64,000 nt of DNA from the human T2T-CHM13v2.0 reference genome, Homo sapiens. The stretch is taken from NCBI RefSeq assembly GCF_009914755.1, contig NC_060947.1. The stretch is one strand, 5' to 3'. Under the pieces are notes generated by a model that saw only the letters and a program-made list of their open reading frames with translations, was not told the DNA's origin and did not search any database. The position numbers and the translations under genes were made by a program. Shown here piece by piece: positions 1 to 28,011 of this stretch (its first letter is position 1; each line of letters begins with the position of its first letter).

Positions 1-84
1 CCATGTTTTCTCATCCCTTCATCTTTCTATTCTCTCTGTTTGGGGTTCTTCTTCTCTATAATAAGAAGCATTAGTAGTATCAGT

Positions 85-300
85 GATAGTTAGCACTTGT
101 GTGCTTACAATGTTCCCGGTACTGTTGTAGTGCTTTACAAATGCAGTAGCTAATTGCATAATATCAACAATTCTATGAGGTAATTATTTTTAGCTCCATT
201 ATACAGATGAGGAAACTGAAATACAGAAAGGTTAAGTTAAGTTTTCGAAGGAGATACAGTAAATAGTGGAGCTGAGATACAAAACTATGCATTCTCTCTC
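85..300 (+). mobile_element. MIR SINE relic
   Basis: MIR core ccattatacagatgaggaaactgaaatacagaaaggttaagt. Confidence 0.6.
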
Positions 301-307
301 TAGATTA

Positions 308-470
308 ATATTGTTCAATAGAAATAAATTATGAGGGAAATGTGCAATTTCACATATTCTAGCAGCTGTATTTTAAAAAGTGAAAAGAAACAGGTGGAAT
401 TAATTTTCATAGTACATATTATTTAACTAAATATGTCAAAATACTTTCAACATATTGCATTAGCCACATT
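308..470 (+). mobile_element. MER33-like hAT-Charlie MITE fragment
   Basis: tgttcaatagaaat...aaaaagtgaaaagaaacaggtggaattaatttt...tagccacattt resembles the recalled MER33 consensus. Confidence 0.55.
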
Positions 471-1425
471 TTAAAAATATAATATCAACTTTTATCTTAA
501 ATTCAAGGGGCACATGTGCAGGTTTGTTATATGAATATATTGTGTGATACTGAGGTTTGGGATGCAAATGATCCCATCACCCAGATAGTGAGTATAGTAT
601 CCAACAGTTTTTCAAAACTTTCCCTCGCTCACACACTTCCGCATCTGTTAGTCCCCAGTGTCTATTGTTGCTATCTTTATGGCCGTGAGCATCCAGTATT
701 TAGCTCCCACTGAGAAATGAGAACAATGTGATATTTGGTTTTTGTGCCTGTGTTAATTAGGTTAGGATAATGACCTCTGGGTGCATCCATGTTGCTGCAA
801 AGGACATGATTTCATTCTTTCTGTGGCTGTGTAGTATTCCATGATGCATATACACCAAATTTTCTTTATCCAATCCACCATTGATGGGCATCTAGATTGA
901 TTCCATGTCTTTGCGATTGTGATAGCATAGTGATGAACATACAAATGCAAGTGTCTTTTTGGTAAAACTATTTATTTTCTTTTGGGTATATACCCAGTAA
1001 TGTGATTGCTGGGTCAAATGGTAGTTTTGTTTTAAGTTATTTGAGAAATCTCCAAACTGCTTTCCACTATGGCTGAACTAATTTACATTCCCATCAACAT
1101 TCCCTTTTCTCTGCAGCTTCACCGGTATCTGTTGTTTTTTTACTTTTAATAATAGCCATTCTGACTGGTGTGAGAGGATATCTAATTGTGGTTTTTATTT
1201 GCATTTCTCTGATGATTAGTGATGATGAGCATTTTTTCATATATTTCTTGGCTGCTTGTCTATCTTCTTTGGAGAAGTGTCCATTCACATCTTTTGCCCA
1301 CTTTTAAGTGGGGTTATTTATTTTTTGCTTGTTTAATTGTTGAAGTTCCTTATAGATTCTGGATATTAGATCTCTGTTGGATGCATAGTTTGTAAATATT
1401 TTCTCCTATTCTGTAGGTTGTTTAT
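470..1425 (-). mobile_element. Older primate L1 3' end (L1PA13-16/L1PB-like), 5' truncated
   Basis: ORF2 C-terminal remnant (HFSKED..., [10 protein letters not shown]) and 3'UTR on the minus strand. Confidence 0.85.
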
Positions 1426-2291
1426 TACATCACATGAGTGTCAGGATTAACTGACTGTACAATATTTAAAGTACTGCCCAATACCTGAAATATATCATTA
1501 ATTGTTAAATATCATTATATCATTATCCTGGCATACTCTGTAACTCCTGTCTCCTCCATTTCTAGCATATTGTCATATACACATGGCAGTAAAAAATCCT
1601 CCTTTTTAGAAACTTCCAACAGTTCTTTATATCCATTTTCCCAATGCATTCTCACTACCACCATGTTAGATAGATATTATTGTCCCCAATTTACAATTGA
1701 AGCAACTAAAATCCAGTGAAATGAAAGAGCTTGCATAGTTCACAAAACTAGGAAATGAGAGTTCCCTAATTTTTATTCATCTTAAAAGCATAGACATTAT
1801 CATATTCATTTTTTAATACTTTGAATATTTGTTGAAGTAATCAATAAATGTCATTGGTATTTCCAGTGAGCCCAAAGATATTTTATTAAAGTTATTTTAA
1901 GTCACATGAAAGGTTATGTAAAGGATTTTAAATTTCATTTTCAAGAATTAATATTTGTGATACTGAGAAATCACACTGGAATTGCATACTTTAGTGATTG
2001 TATTACCACATACATTTAAACTGTGTTCTTTTGGGCATATTGACTTATTGTTTCATTCTGGAAATTGCTGTAATTATGTCCATTATAGAACATTTGCAAA
2101 AAACAACAAAAAATTACCTATAATCATAGCACCAAAAGAGTAGTTATTCACTGTTAATGTTTTGCTTACGATTTTCACATGATTGAGGTTATACTAGGAA
2201 TATACTGCTATAACCTTCTCTTTTCACTTACATTAAATGACATTACATCATAGGAATTTCCGAAGTGCAGTAAAACTTTTAGGAAACACCA

Positions 2292-3094
2292 CTTTTTATT
2301 TTATTTTATTTTAAGTACTGGGGTACATATGCAGGATGTGCAGGTTTGTTACAAGGTAAACGTGTACCATGATGGTTTTCTGCACCTATCAATCCATCAC
2401 CTAAGTGTTGAGTCCAGCATGCATTAGCTATTTTATCTGATGCTCTTTCCACCCCTGAGAGGCCCCAGTGTGTGTTGTTTCCCTCCCTGTGTCCATGAGT
2501 CCTCATTTTTCAGCTCCCACTTATGAGTGGGAACATATAATGTTTGGTTTTCTATTCCTGCATTAGTTTGCTGAGGATAATGGCTTCCAGCTCCATCCAT
2601 GTCCCTGAAAAGAATATGATCTCATTTCTTTTTGATGTACCACATTTTCTTTATCCAGTCTACCATTGATGAGAATTTGGGTGGATTCCATGTGTTTACT
2701 ATTGTAAATAGTGGCGCAATGAACATATGTGTGCATGTATCTTTATAATAAAATGATTTATATTCTTTTGGGTATATATCCAATAATGGGATTGCTGGAT
2801 CAAATGGAATTTCTGGTTCTAGGTCTTTGAAGAATTGTCACACCGTTTTTCACAATGGTTGAACTAATTTACATTCTCACCAACAGCGTAAAAGCATTCC
2901 TTTACCTCTGTAGCCTCGGCAGCATCTGTTGTTTCTTGATTTTTAACAATTGCCATTCTGACTGGTGAGAGATGGTATCTCATTTAGGTTTTTATTTGCA
3001 TTTCTCTAATGATCAGTGATGTTGAGCTTTTTTTCATGTTTGTTGGCTGCATAAATGACTTCTTTTGAGAAGTGTCTGTTTATGGCCTTTACGC
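2292..3094 (-). mobile_element. L1PA 3' end, 5' truncated
   Basis: Poly(T) then L1 3'UTR antisense; TSD aacaccac(t/g)ttt at ~2285 and ~3095. Confidence 0.88.
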
Positions 3095-3429
3095 AACACC
3101 ACGTTTATTGGCCATACAGTTGTCTCTTGTAGATATCTATAATTATTTATTTGGTGACAAGGAGATTTTATTTGTTTTTCTAATATAAATAATGATGCAC
3201 TGACCAGCTTTCTGTATGGATAATTCTTACTAGGTTGGATTACTGTTCTTATGATGGATTCCTAAAAGGAGAATCACTGGCTCAAATGGTCAGCTTTATA
3301 AGGCTCTTGACAAGTACATTAACTTTAATATGTTGATTACATATTAACATGTTGATATGGGTATTCTTTTAATAAAGTTGGTTGGATGACTTGTTTAGTT
3401 AAAGTTTGCATTGTTTTATTTCTTCTTAG

Positions 3430-3566
3430 GTTTGAGGAAGCGATGAAGGAGGCTCATGCTGTAGATCAAAAGCTTGCAGAGAAGCAGGAAGATGAAGCCA
3501 CCCTGGAAAATAAATGGCCCTTCCTTGGGGTTCCTTTGACAGTCAAGGAAGCTTTCCAGCTACAAG
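3430..3566 (+). CDS. FAAH2: FAAH2 internal coding exon (exon 3, 137 nt), encodes catalytic Lys (K131)
   Basis: Acceptor tttcttcttag|G, donor CAAG|gtacta. Translates (R)FEEAMKEAHAVDQKLAEKQEDEATLENKWPFLGVPLTVKEAFQLQ(G), with amidase GVPxxVK motif; matches recalled FAAH2 protein. Confidence 0.96.
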
Positions 3567-3959
3567 GTACTATTCTTTTATTTTTGGCTACATGAGTTTA
3601 ATTCACAAGTTGCTACATTTTCTAAACTTATAAACTAAAAAGGATGGTATAAAAGTGAAGGACAAACTCATGCTGCTTCCTCAGTTTGAAATGAGAGGAA
3701 ATATTCAGCAAGTTCCATTGGGAAAATAAATGATAATGGTCATCCTCTGTTAGCTCTGTATGGCATATGGGGGCACTATGCTCAGTATCCATTAATCCTT
3801 ACAGCAAACTTATAAGAATAGTATTATTGATCTCATTTTTCAGATAAGAAAATTGAGGCTCATGACCCTAAAGTAGTTAGGCTAAAGCCAAGCTTGAATT
3901 CTGATAAATACCTGTGCTTTCTCTGTAATACAGTTCTTATTTTGTAACTTCCTGCTAGC

Positions 3960-4183
3960 CTCAAAAGTAAATGAAAATCCCAAATATTTGGAAAGTAAAC
4001 AACGTATTTTTAAATAACCCATAAGTCAAAGAAATAAATCACAAGGAAATGTTTGAACTGAAAGAAAAAATATAATAATATAACAAAACTTATGGGATGT
4101 AGCTAAATTAGTACTTAGAGGGAAATGTATGGCTTTCAGTGAATATACATGAAAAGAAAGATTTAAAATCAGTAACTGAAGCC
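3960..4183 (+). mobile_element. Ancient L1M ORF2 fragment
   Basis: aaaacttatgggatgtagctaaa...ttagagggaaat (LWD.AK...RGKF-like region). Confidence 0.6.
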
Positions 4184-4184
4184 T

Positions 4185-14299
<10,115 letters not shown>

Positions 14300-14315
<16 letters not shown>

Positions 14316-14407
14316 TATTATTATACTATTTAAAAAAATAGTTTTCCAATTGAAAACTATTTTTCAATTATTTTTTAATTAAAAAAATAGGTTTCCAATT
14401 GAAACCT
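14300..14407. repeat. Serial AT-rich palindromes/hairpins at an L1-L1 junction
   Basis: Perfect 30-bp palindrome 14300-14329; 13-bp-arm hairpin 14334-14364; 16-bp palindrome 14371-14386; 7-bp-arm hairpin 14389-14407. Confidence 0.92.
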
Positions 14408-14877
14408 CTGCTTTTTTCTGGTTTCCATTTGCTTGGTAGATTTTTCTCAATTTTTAAAATTTTGAGCCAATGGATGTCATTGCATGTAATATGGGTGTGT
14501 TGAAGACAACATAACAAGGAGTCTTGCTTCTTTATCTGGCTTGCCACTCTGTGCCTTTTAATTGGGGTATTTAGCCTGTTTACATTCAAGGTTAGTATTG
14601 ATATGTATGGATTTGTTGCTGTCATCATGTTGTTACTTGGTTATTATGCAGATTTGTTTGTGTTTTTGCTTTTTAGGGTCACCAGTCTGTGTACTTGTGT
14701 GTTTCTGTAGTGGTTTGTAATTACCTATTATTTCCATATTTAGTGCTTCTTCCAGGAGCTCTTATAAGGCACATCTGGTGGCAACAAATTTGCTTAGCAT
14801 TTGCTTACCTGAAAAGGATCTTATTTCTCTTTTGTTTATGAAACTTAGTTTGGCTGAACATGAAACTCCAGATTGCA

Positions 14878-15126
14878 TTTTTTTTTTTTTTGAGACGGAG
14901 TCTCGCTCAGCTCACTGCAAGCTCTGTCTCCCGGGTTCACGCCGTTCTCCTGCCTCAGCCTCTTGAGTAGCTGAGACTACAGGCATCCGCCACCGCGCCT
15001 GGCTAATTTTTTGTATTTTTAGTAGAGACGGGGTTTCACCGTGGTCTCGATCTTCTGACCTCGTGATCCGCGCTCCTCGGCCTCCCAAAGTGCTGGGATT
15101 ACAGGTGTGAGCCACCGCACCCGGCC
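14878..15126 (-). mobile_element. AluY of the 12-bp-deletion (Yd/Yc-type) lineage with an extra right-arm deletion
   Basis: Minus strand reads GATCGAGACCA-CGGTGAAACCCC (12 nt missing vs AluY); CpG-rich; TSD tgcattttt. Confidence 0.88.
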
Positions 15127-15645
15127 TGCATTTTTTGTTTTTAAAGAATATTTGATGTAGGTCCCCGATCTCTTCTTCCATGTAGGATTTTTGCTGAGAG
15201 GTCTCTTGTTAGTTTGCTGGACTTCCTTTTATAAGTGACCTACCCTTTCTCTCTAGCCTTTAACTTTTTTTTCTTTCATTTCAACTGAAGAGAATTTGAC
15301 TATTATGTGTTTTGGGGATGACCTTCTCATGAAGCATTTTGCGTGGGTTCTAAGCATTTTCTGAATTCGAATGTTGGCCTCTCTGTCTAGTTTGGAGAAC
15401 TTTCTCATTGGTGATATCCTGAAATATATTTTCTAATTTGCCTTCTTTCTCTTTTTCTTTTCTGGAATGTCAATGAGTTCTAGATTCGGTCTCTTTATGT
15501 TATTCCATAATTCATGGAGGTTTTGTTCATTAAAAAATTCTTTTTTCTTTACTCTTGTTTCACTGTTTTATTTTAAAAAGTCAATCTTCAAGCTTCAATA
15601 TTCTTTTCTCAGCTTGGGTATTCTGCTGCTAATGCTTGTGATTTC

Positions 15646-21186
<5,541 letters not shown>

Positions 21187-22461
21187 ATGCCACTTGTTAT
21201 TTTTTCATGAAATTTTTATAGTATGTTTTTCTGCTCTATCAGGTTGATTGTGTTTTTTTTCTATACTGACTATTTTGTCTTTCAGCTCCTGTATGTTTTT
21301 ATTGTGAATTCTAGCTTCCTTAGATTGGGTTTTAATATTTTCCAGGATCTCAATGATCTTTCTTTCTATCTATATTCTGAATTCTATTTATCTCATTTCA
21401 GCCATCTCAGCCTGCTTAAGAATGCTTGCTTGAGAACTAGTGTGTTTGTGTGGAGGAAGGAAAACACTCTGATTTTTTGAATTGTCAGAGTTCTTGTGCT
21501 GGTTCTTTCTTATTTTTGTGGGTCTGTTGTTTCTTCAACATTTAAAGTTGTTTTTTGGGTGAGAGTTTTTCTTTTATTCTAGTTGATAACCTTGGGCGAT
21601 TTGATTATGGTATAAGGTAGGTTCATTTGACTGGCTTCATTTCTGGAACATTTAAAGTGGCCAAGACTCAGCTCAGTACTCCTGGATTGCATGCTCTAAC
21701 TCTGGGGGACTGGTATGAGGTCCCCACTTTCTTCTCTGACTTTTGAAGGTTAGGAACCTTCTGGGAGGGCTGAGGTCCTCCTGGACCACTAGAAGGGACA
21801 AGGTGCTGCCAGATCACTGGTCATAATACTTCAATGGGTAAGTGCCAGCCAAAGAACTTCATAGGGCTCTGGCAGCAGTATCTGCCCTTATTTTTATGTG
21901 CCAGTTGCAACTCCCACTGCAGTATGTATGGGTTTATGCTCCTCAGCTGCAGCACAGTGCTAGCAGGTACCAGGGTGCTGACCTTTGTGAGATCATTCAC
22001 AGCAATTGGCAATATTGACTGCATTGCCTTTTGTGGGCCAGTAGGTGGCCATCATGCAGGTGTTTGCAGTTGTTGGTTGCATTGACAGTATGACTGGGGG
22101 CATAGGGCTTTCTAGCAGCAACTGTGCATACATTTACACTGGTGGCATTGTTATCATGGAGGTGGGGTGCTCTGGTTGGCACAAGTCTGTGTGGGCCCTC
22201 TATGCATGTTCCTGTAGGTGGCAGTGGCTACTCAGGGTGAGGGTGGGTCCACTTTTTGCATGCCTAGTTTCTGCCGGCAGCTGTTTCAGCACTGAAAGTA
22301 GGTACTGTTGGGGGCAGTGCTGATGTGCTTTCTGCTTGCCAATGATCTGACAACAATGGTGGTGCAGTGGGGGGAAGAGGTAGGGTGCACTCATGCCAGG
22401 AGTAGTGGCATGGCAGGGTGCACACAATTATGTGTGCTGGTAGAGAAGGGAAGACAAGGTC

Positions 22462-22487
22462 CACACACACACACACACACACACACA
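22462..22487 (+). repeat. (CA)13 microsatellite
   Basis: Direct read. Confidence 0.95.
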
Positions 22488-22572
22488 AGTACCAATAAAG
22501 CAATGTTGGAGGTCATCGTGGGCGAGTGCATGTAGGCAAAGTGGCACAAGGGAGGCTGCCGTAGTGGCAGGG

Positions 22573-23648
22573 TGTTGCAGGAAGTCAGGGACCCCAAACA
22601 GAGGGACCAGCTGAAGCCATGGCTGAAGAACTTGGATTGTGAAGATTTCGTGGACATTTATTAGTTCCCCAAATTAATACTTTTGTAATTTCTTATGTCT
22701 GTCTTTACTGCAATCTCTAAAGATAAATTGTGAAGATTTCATGGACACTTATCACTTCCCCAATCAATACCCTTATGATTTCCTATGCCTGTCTTTACTT
22801 TAATCTCTTAATCCTGTCATCTCACAAGCTGAGGAGGATGTATGTCACCTCAGGACCCTGTGATGATTGCGTTAACTGCACAGATTGTAGAGCATGTGTG
22901 TTTGAACAATATGAAATCTGGGCACCTTGAAAAAAGAACAAGATAACAGCAACTGTTCAGGGAAAAAGAGAGATAACCTTAAACTCTGACCACCGGTGAG
23001 CCGGGTGGAACAGAGTCATATTTCTCTTCTTTCAAAAGCAAATGGGAGAAATATCACTGAATTCTGTTTCTCAGCAAGGAACATCCCTGAGAAAGAGAAT
23101 GCGCCCCAAGGGTGGGTCTCTAAAATGGCCCCGTTGGGTGTGGCCGTCTTCTGTGGTTGAAACTTTAGGGATGAAATAAATCCCAGTCTCCCATAGCGCT
23201 CCCAGGCTTATTAGGAAAAGGAAATTCCTGTCTAATAAATTTTGTTCAGACTGGTTGCTCTCAAACCCTGTCTCCTGATAAGATGTTATCAATGGCAATG
23301 GTGCCCGAAACTTCATTAGCAATTTTAATTTTGCCCCGGTCCTGAGGTCCTGTGATCTTGCCCTGCCTCCATTTGCCTTGTGATATTCTATTATGTTGTG
23401 AAGTAGGTGATCTTTGTGACCCACACCCTATTTGTATACTCCCTCCCCTTTTGAACGTCCCTAATAAAAACTTGCTGGTTTTGCGGCTTGTGGGGCATCA
23501 CGGAACCTACCGACATGTGATGTCTCCCCCAGATGCCCAGCTTTAAAATTTCTTTCTTTTGTACTCTGTTCCTTTATTTCTCAAACTGGCTGATGCTTAG
23601 GGAAAATAGAAAAGAACCTATGTGACTATTGGGGCAGGTTCCCCAATA
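22573..23648 (+). mobile_element. MER11 solo LTR (HERV-K11/HML-8), sense to FAAH2
   Basis: Starts TGTTGCAGGAAGTCAGGGACCCC, ends GGGGCAGGTTCCCCAATA; 6-bp TSD gcaggg/ggaggg; AATAAA at 23463. Confidence 0.9.
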
Positions 23649-24433
23649 GGAGGGTATGGGCTAGCTGGGCTTGTCTTCTGTGGCAGGTCTGTTCCAGGAC
23701 TTTGCAGGTCAGGTGCTATCCACCTGACAGGTCAGGAATTGTGATGCAGGGCCCCAGGAGGTACTTAGGGGCTGCACTGCAAGCAGGCAGGATCAGACTT
23801 GGGCCCTGGGAGAAGCCAGCAGAATGAGGGGTGCTCAGATTGGACTGGACCTGAATCATGGGCAAAACCACCCTGCAGATTTCAGGTCTGACAGTTCCCC
23901 TAGGGCTTAAGTCTCCTGTGGGAGCCAGTCTAGCCTAGGGGCATGGGCAACCCTTGTTGTGCTCCTCCAGATGTTCTGGCATCAAGTCTTCCAGGCTCTG
24001 CTCCAGCTTGAGTTCTGCCCCTACCACTTCTCTGAGCACCTCTCCCTGCTAATCCAAGTGTCCATGGTGGTCAAGGGTATTTTTCCTTCTATGATTCTAG
24101 AGGCCCATGTAGAAAGTGGGTTGCTCCTTGACTGTTCAACTCACCTTTTCCCCAGGTGTTGCTGGGAGCAAGGAGCAAGTCCCAGTGAACAGTAGCCCTG
24201 TGCAGGGTTCCCAGCTTCCTCCCCATTCAGCCCAGCATCTGTGTCTTCCCTCCATCCACCCTCAATGCCTTCTCTCTGAAGATCTGCTAGCAGTGTGCCA
24301 GTCTTTCCAATGCCCCAACCCTTTGTGGGAGATGTTCCTTCTGGCTACATCTAGTTGGCCATCTTGCCCCTCAGGAGAAAACAACTATTTTTATTTAATA
24401 ATTTTTAAACATTCTTTTCTGTGACTCTTTTAG

Positions 24434-24643
24434 GAATGCCCAATTCTTCTGGACTCATGAACCGTCGTGATGCCATTGCCAAAACAGATGCCACTGTGGT
24501 GGCATTACTGAAGGGAGCTGGTGCCATTCCTCTTGGCATAACCAACTGTAGTGAGTTGTGTATGTGGTATGAATCCAGTAACAAGATCTATGGCCGATCA
24601 AACAACCCATATGATTTACAGCATATTGTAGGTGGAAGTTCTG
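24434..24643 (+). CDS. FAAH2: FAAH2 internal coding exon (exon 4, 210 nt, phase 1-1), encodes GGSS motif Ser (S206)
   Basis: Acceptor ctcttttag|GA, donor TCTG|gtgagt. Translates (G)MPNSSGLMNRR...GITNCSELCMWYESSNKIYGRSNNPYDLQHIVGGSS(G); in frame with the previous exon. Confidence 0.97.
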
Positions 24644-26859
24644 GTGAGTTGGACATTTTAGTATGGCATGAATAGCTATGCTAACAATAATAATTATGAA
24701 TTGTATTAATAAACATGATACAGTATAGCATCTATGACCTATAAGAATGGATGCAAAAACCCAGGATATTTGTGTGTTGATGGAGAAGAAATGGGAGTCA
24801 TGTAACAGCCTTGGTCAACTCTGATATTTTGAAGATAGATAGAGGAGAAGTAGCCAGCAAAGGGAATTGAGAATGAACTACAAGTGATGTAGATAGGAAA
24901 CATCGTAAAGTGTTTAGAGACTAGGAAAAAAAAGTGTATAGACACTAGAATTGACAAGGCTTTTATTAAGCCTGAATGGATGCATATGTGGGTTAGCAAA
25001 ATATGATGTTTAAACTTGTGGGTGCTAAAGCTACATAGACATTTGAGACTTCTTTTAATATATGACCTTGGTCACATGAAGTAGGTGCTCATTAAGTCAG
25101 TTTTCTTTGCTTGTAAGATGGCCATATGAAAGAAATCAGACTTGTAAGGTTACTGTGATGATTAAAAATTTAAGTGTGACTTCAGGTTTCTGGTCTAGCA
25201 TATATGGGGTTTAGAAGTTTTTACTCCAATTCACACAATAAGAACAAAAGCTGAACAAACTAAAAGTTAATGACAATTCTTAAATTTATCAATATGCTGA
25301 GGTAACGGGAAAACCACTCTTCCCAAAACTGAATGAAAAGACAGGCAGATACAAAGAAGTGAAACTTGCTAGAACAAAAGCCTAGGAGCAGAAAATTTCA
25401 GGGGAACCAGCACAGCTTTAGAGAAACCTAAGCTATAACTGATGACTTGCTGGAGGTTCATTGTGAAAAAGTTTGAGAATCAAAATGTATGTGGTGGTTG
25501 GGTGGGGGGATCTTAGGGGCCCCACACAATTTCAAAAGTTTTACCTTCAGGAGTCCTACTGTGTTCCTGAGTGAAGATTGGAGAGAAATCTTCTCTTGCT
25601 TCTTGCACAGGGAGGGAAAAAGTAGCCATTTTGAAATTCTGCTTCCAAAGCATACTGTTCTTCTAACAAGGAATGTCCTCAGAGAAACTATTTTTTCAGA
25701 ACCTAACTTAGTAAGGTTTTACAAGAAACTAATGGACTTGACCTAGGGGAAATGAAATATCCAACTCCAGTCCTCTCTAGGTTTCCTGTCCTACTGAAGG
25801 GGTCAAAGCAGAATAAAATTGGGAAGCACATGTTAGGGTCACAGAGCAGGGGCACATGCTAACTAAATGACTGAGACCTAATCATATGACTATAAAATAC
25901 TTCCTCTCCTTGTCTCCACACACCTTATCACTACACAAATAGGGATTTTCTATAATGGGAGTTCTATATAAACCAGAAGAACAGTACATCATAGGTGTTA
26001 TTTAAGAAGTCTCTAGGGAAACTCAAAGACAACAGAGGAGGTGGAAACAATGGCACTAGTTGAAAATTTTACACCTGACACCTATGGCTACAGCAGACAG
26101 TAAACACAGACTAACCCCTAGCCAGGGAAACATAAAACCTCACATTAAAGGCCAAATACCCCCAGTTCTTTTATCTCAGTACATCATGTTTGGCTTTCAA
26201 CAAAACAATTATAAGGCATACTAAAAGACAAAATCACAGTTTGAAAAGACAAAGCAACCATCAAGATTTGACTCCAATATGGAAGAGATATTGAAATTAT
26301 CAGACTGAGAATTGAAACCATTTGTGATTAATATAGTAAGGGCTATAATGGAAAAACTGGTCAACATGCAAGTACAGATCTGTAATGTAAGAAAACAGAT
26401 GGGAACTTCAAGAATCAAAAGCAAATGCTAGAAATAAAAAAAAAAAATATAACAGAAATGAAGAACATCTTTGATGGGCTCATCAATATATTGTATACAA
26501 AACAGGAAACCTTCGGTGATGTGGAAGATCTGTCAAAAAGAACTTCCAAAACTGAAATGCAAAGAGGAAGAAAAAGATTGAAAAAGACAGAAGAGACTAT
26601 CTAATAACTGTTGGATTACAAATGCATATAATACACATATGTAATTGGAACACTAGGAAGAGAAGAAAGATTTTAAGAAACAGCAATAAATGTTTGAAAA
26701 AAACTACACCTAGCATAATATTTCATCCTTAGAAGGTTAAGGAGAAAGAAGAAAATATTTAAAGAAGAAGGAGAAACATACCTTATCTGTAGAAGAGCAA
26801 AGACAGAATTATATTGGTATTTTCTTCAGAAGCCATGCAAACAATAAGAGATGGGAGTC

Positions 26860-27104
26860 CACTTTGGGAGGCCAAGGCAGTTGGGTCACTTGAAGTTAGG
26901 AGCTTGAGACCAGACTGGCCAACATGTTGAATCCCCATCTCTACTAAAAATACAAAAATTAGCCAGGCCTGGCAGCAGGTGCCTGTAATACCAGCTACTC
27001 AGGAGTCTGGGGCAAGAGAATTGCTTGAACTCGAGAGGTGGAGGTTGCAGTGAGCCGAGATCATGCCACTGCACTCCAGCCTAGGTGACAGAGGGAGATT
27101 CCGT

Positions 27105-27106
<2 letters not shown>
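26860..27106 (+). mobile_element. 5'-truncated AluS/J with (CA)n tail
   Basis: Starts cactttgggaggcc; 11-bp TSD agatgggagtc at 26849-26859 and 27148-27158. Confidence 0.92.

Positions 27107-27146
<40 letters not shown>
27107..27146 (+). repeat. (CA)20 microsatellite
   Basis: Direct read; occupies the Alu tail position. Confidence 0.96.
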
Positions 27147-27148
<2 letters not shown>

Positions 27149-28011
27149 GATGGGAGTCAAATATTTAAACCACTGAAAGAACCATCAACTTAAATCTCTG
27201 TCTAGCAGATCTATTCTTCAAAAGTGAAAAAGAAATAAAGATGCTCTGAGACAAAGACATATTGACAGAATTTGTTACCAGTAGAGCAACAGAGCAAGAA
27301 ATGTTAAAAGATGTTCTTCAGAGAGAAAAAAAGAATACAAACCAAAAACCTGAATTAATGTAAAAAAAAAAAGAAAATGATTAGAGAAAGATTGAACAAA
27401 GGTAAAATAATGTATTTTTAAATTATTGATTGCTGTAACATGTAATTGTTCAAAATAATAATGCCAACAATGTGTTGGGTGATTATAGCTTGTCTATGAG
27501 TGAAATGAATGACAACATTGTTATATGGGATGGGATAAAGGAATTGGGAATGTTCCTTTATAAGATAACTACACTACTTGGGAGGTGGCAGAGTATCATT
27601 TGAAGGAGACTTGAGTTAGTTCTAAATGTATATTGCAAACTCAAGGGCAAATATTAAAGTAACAAAAAAGTATGCATTAAGTGGCAAGAGAGGAGAATAA
27701 ATGGAAACATTTAAAACCAGAGACTTAGCCTCCCACACAATTATAGTGGGAGAACTTAACACCCCACTGAAAATATCAGACAGATCATTGAGACAGAAAA
27801 TTAACAAAGATATTCAGGACCTGAACTTAGCTCTGGATCAAGTGGACCTAATAGATATCTACAGAACTCTCCACCCCCAAACAATAGAAAACACATTCTT
27901 TTCATCATCACATAGCACTTACTCTAAAATTTATCACATAATTTGAAGTAAAACATTCCTCATTAAATGCAAAAGAACTTAAATCATAACAAACAGTCTC
28001 TCAGATTACAG

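Noticed and set aside
3386-3595. Standalone small genes from ORFs 3386-3595 and 24421-24675
   Set aside because: They are FAAH2 exons read into flanking intron; splice sites define the real bounds.
22637-22810. ~90-bp tandem duplication in the MER11 U3
   Set aside because: As I recall it is part of the family consensus, not specific to this locus.
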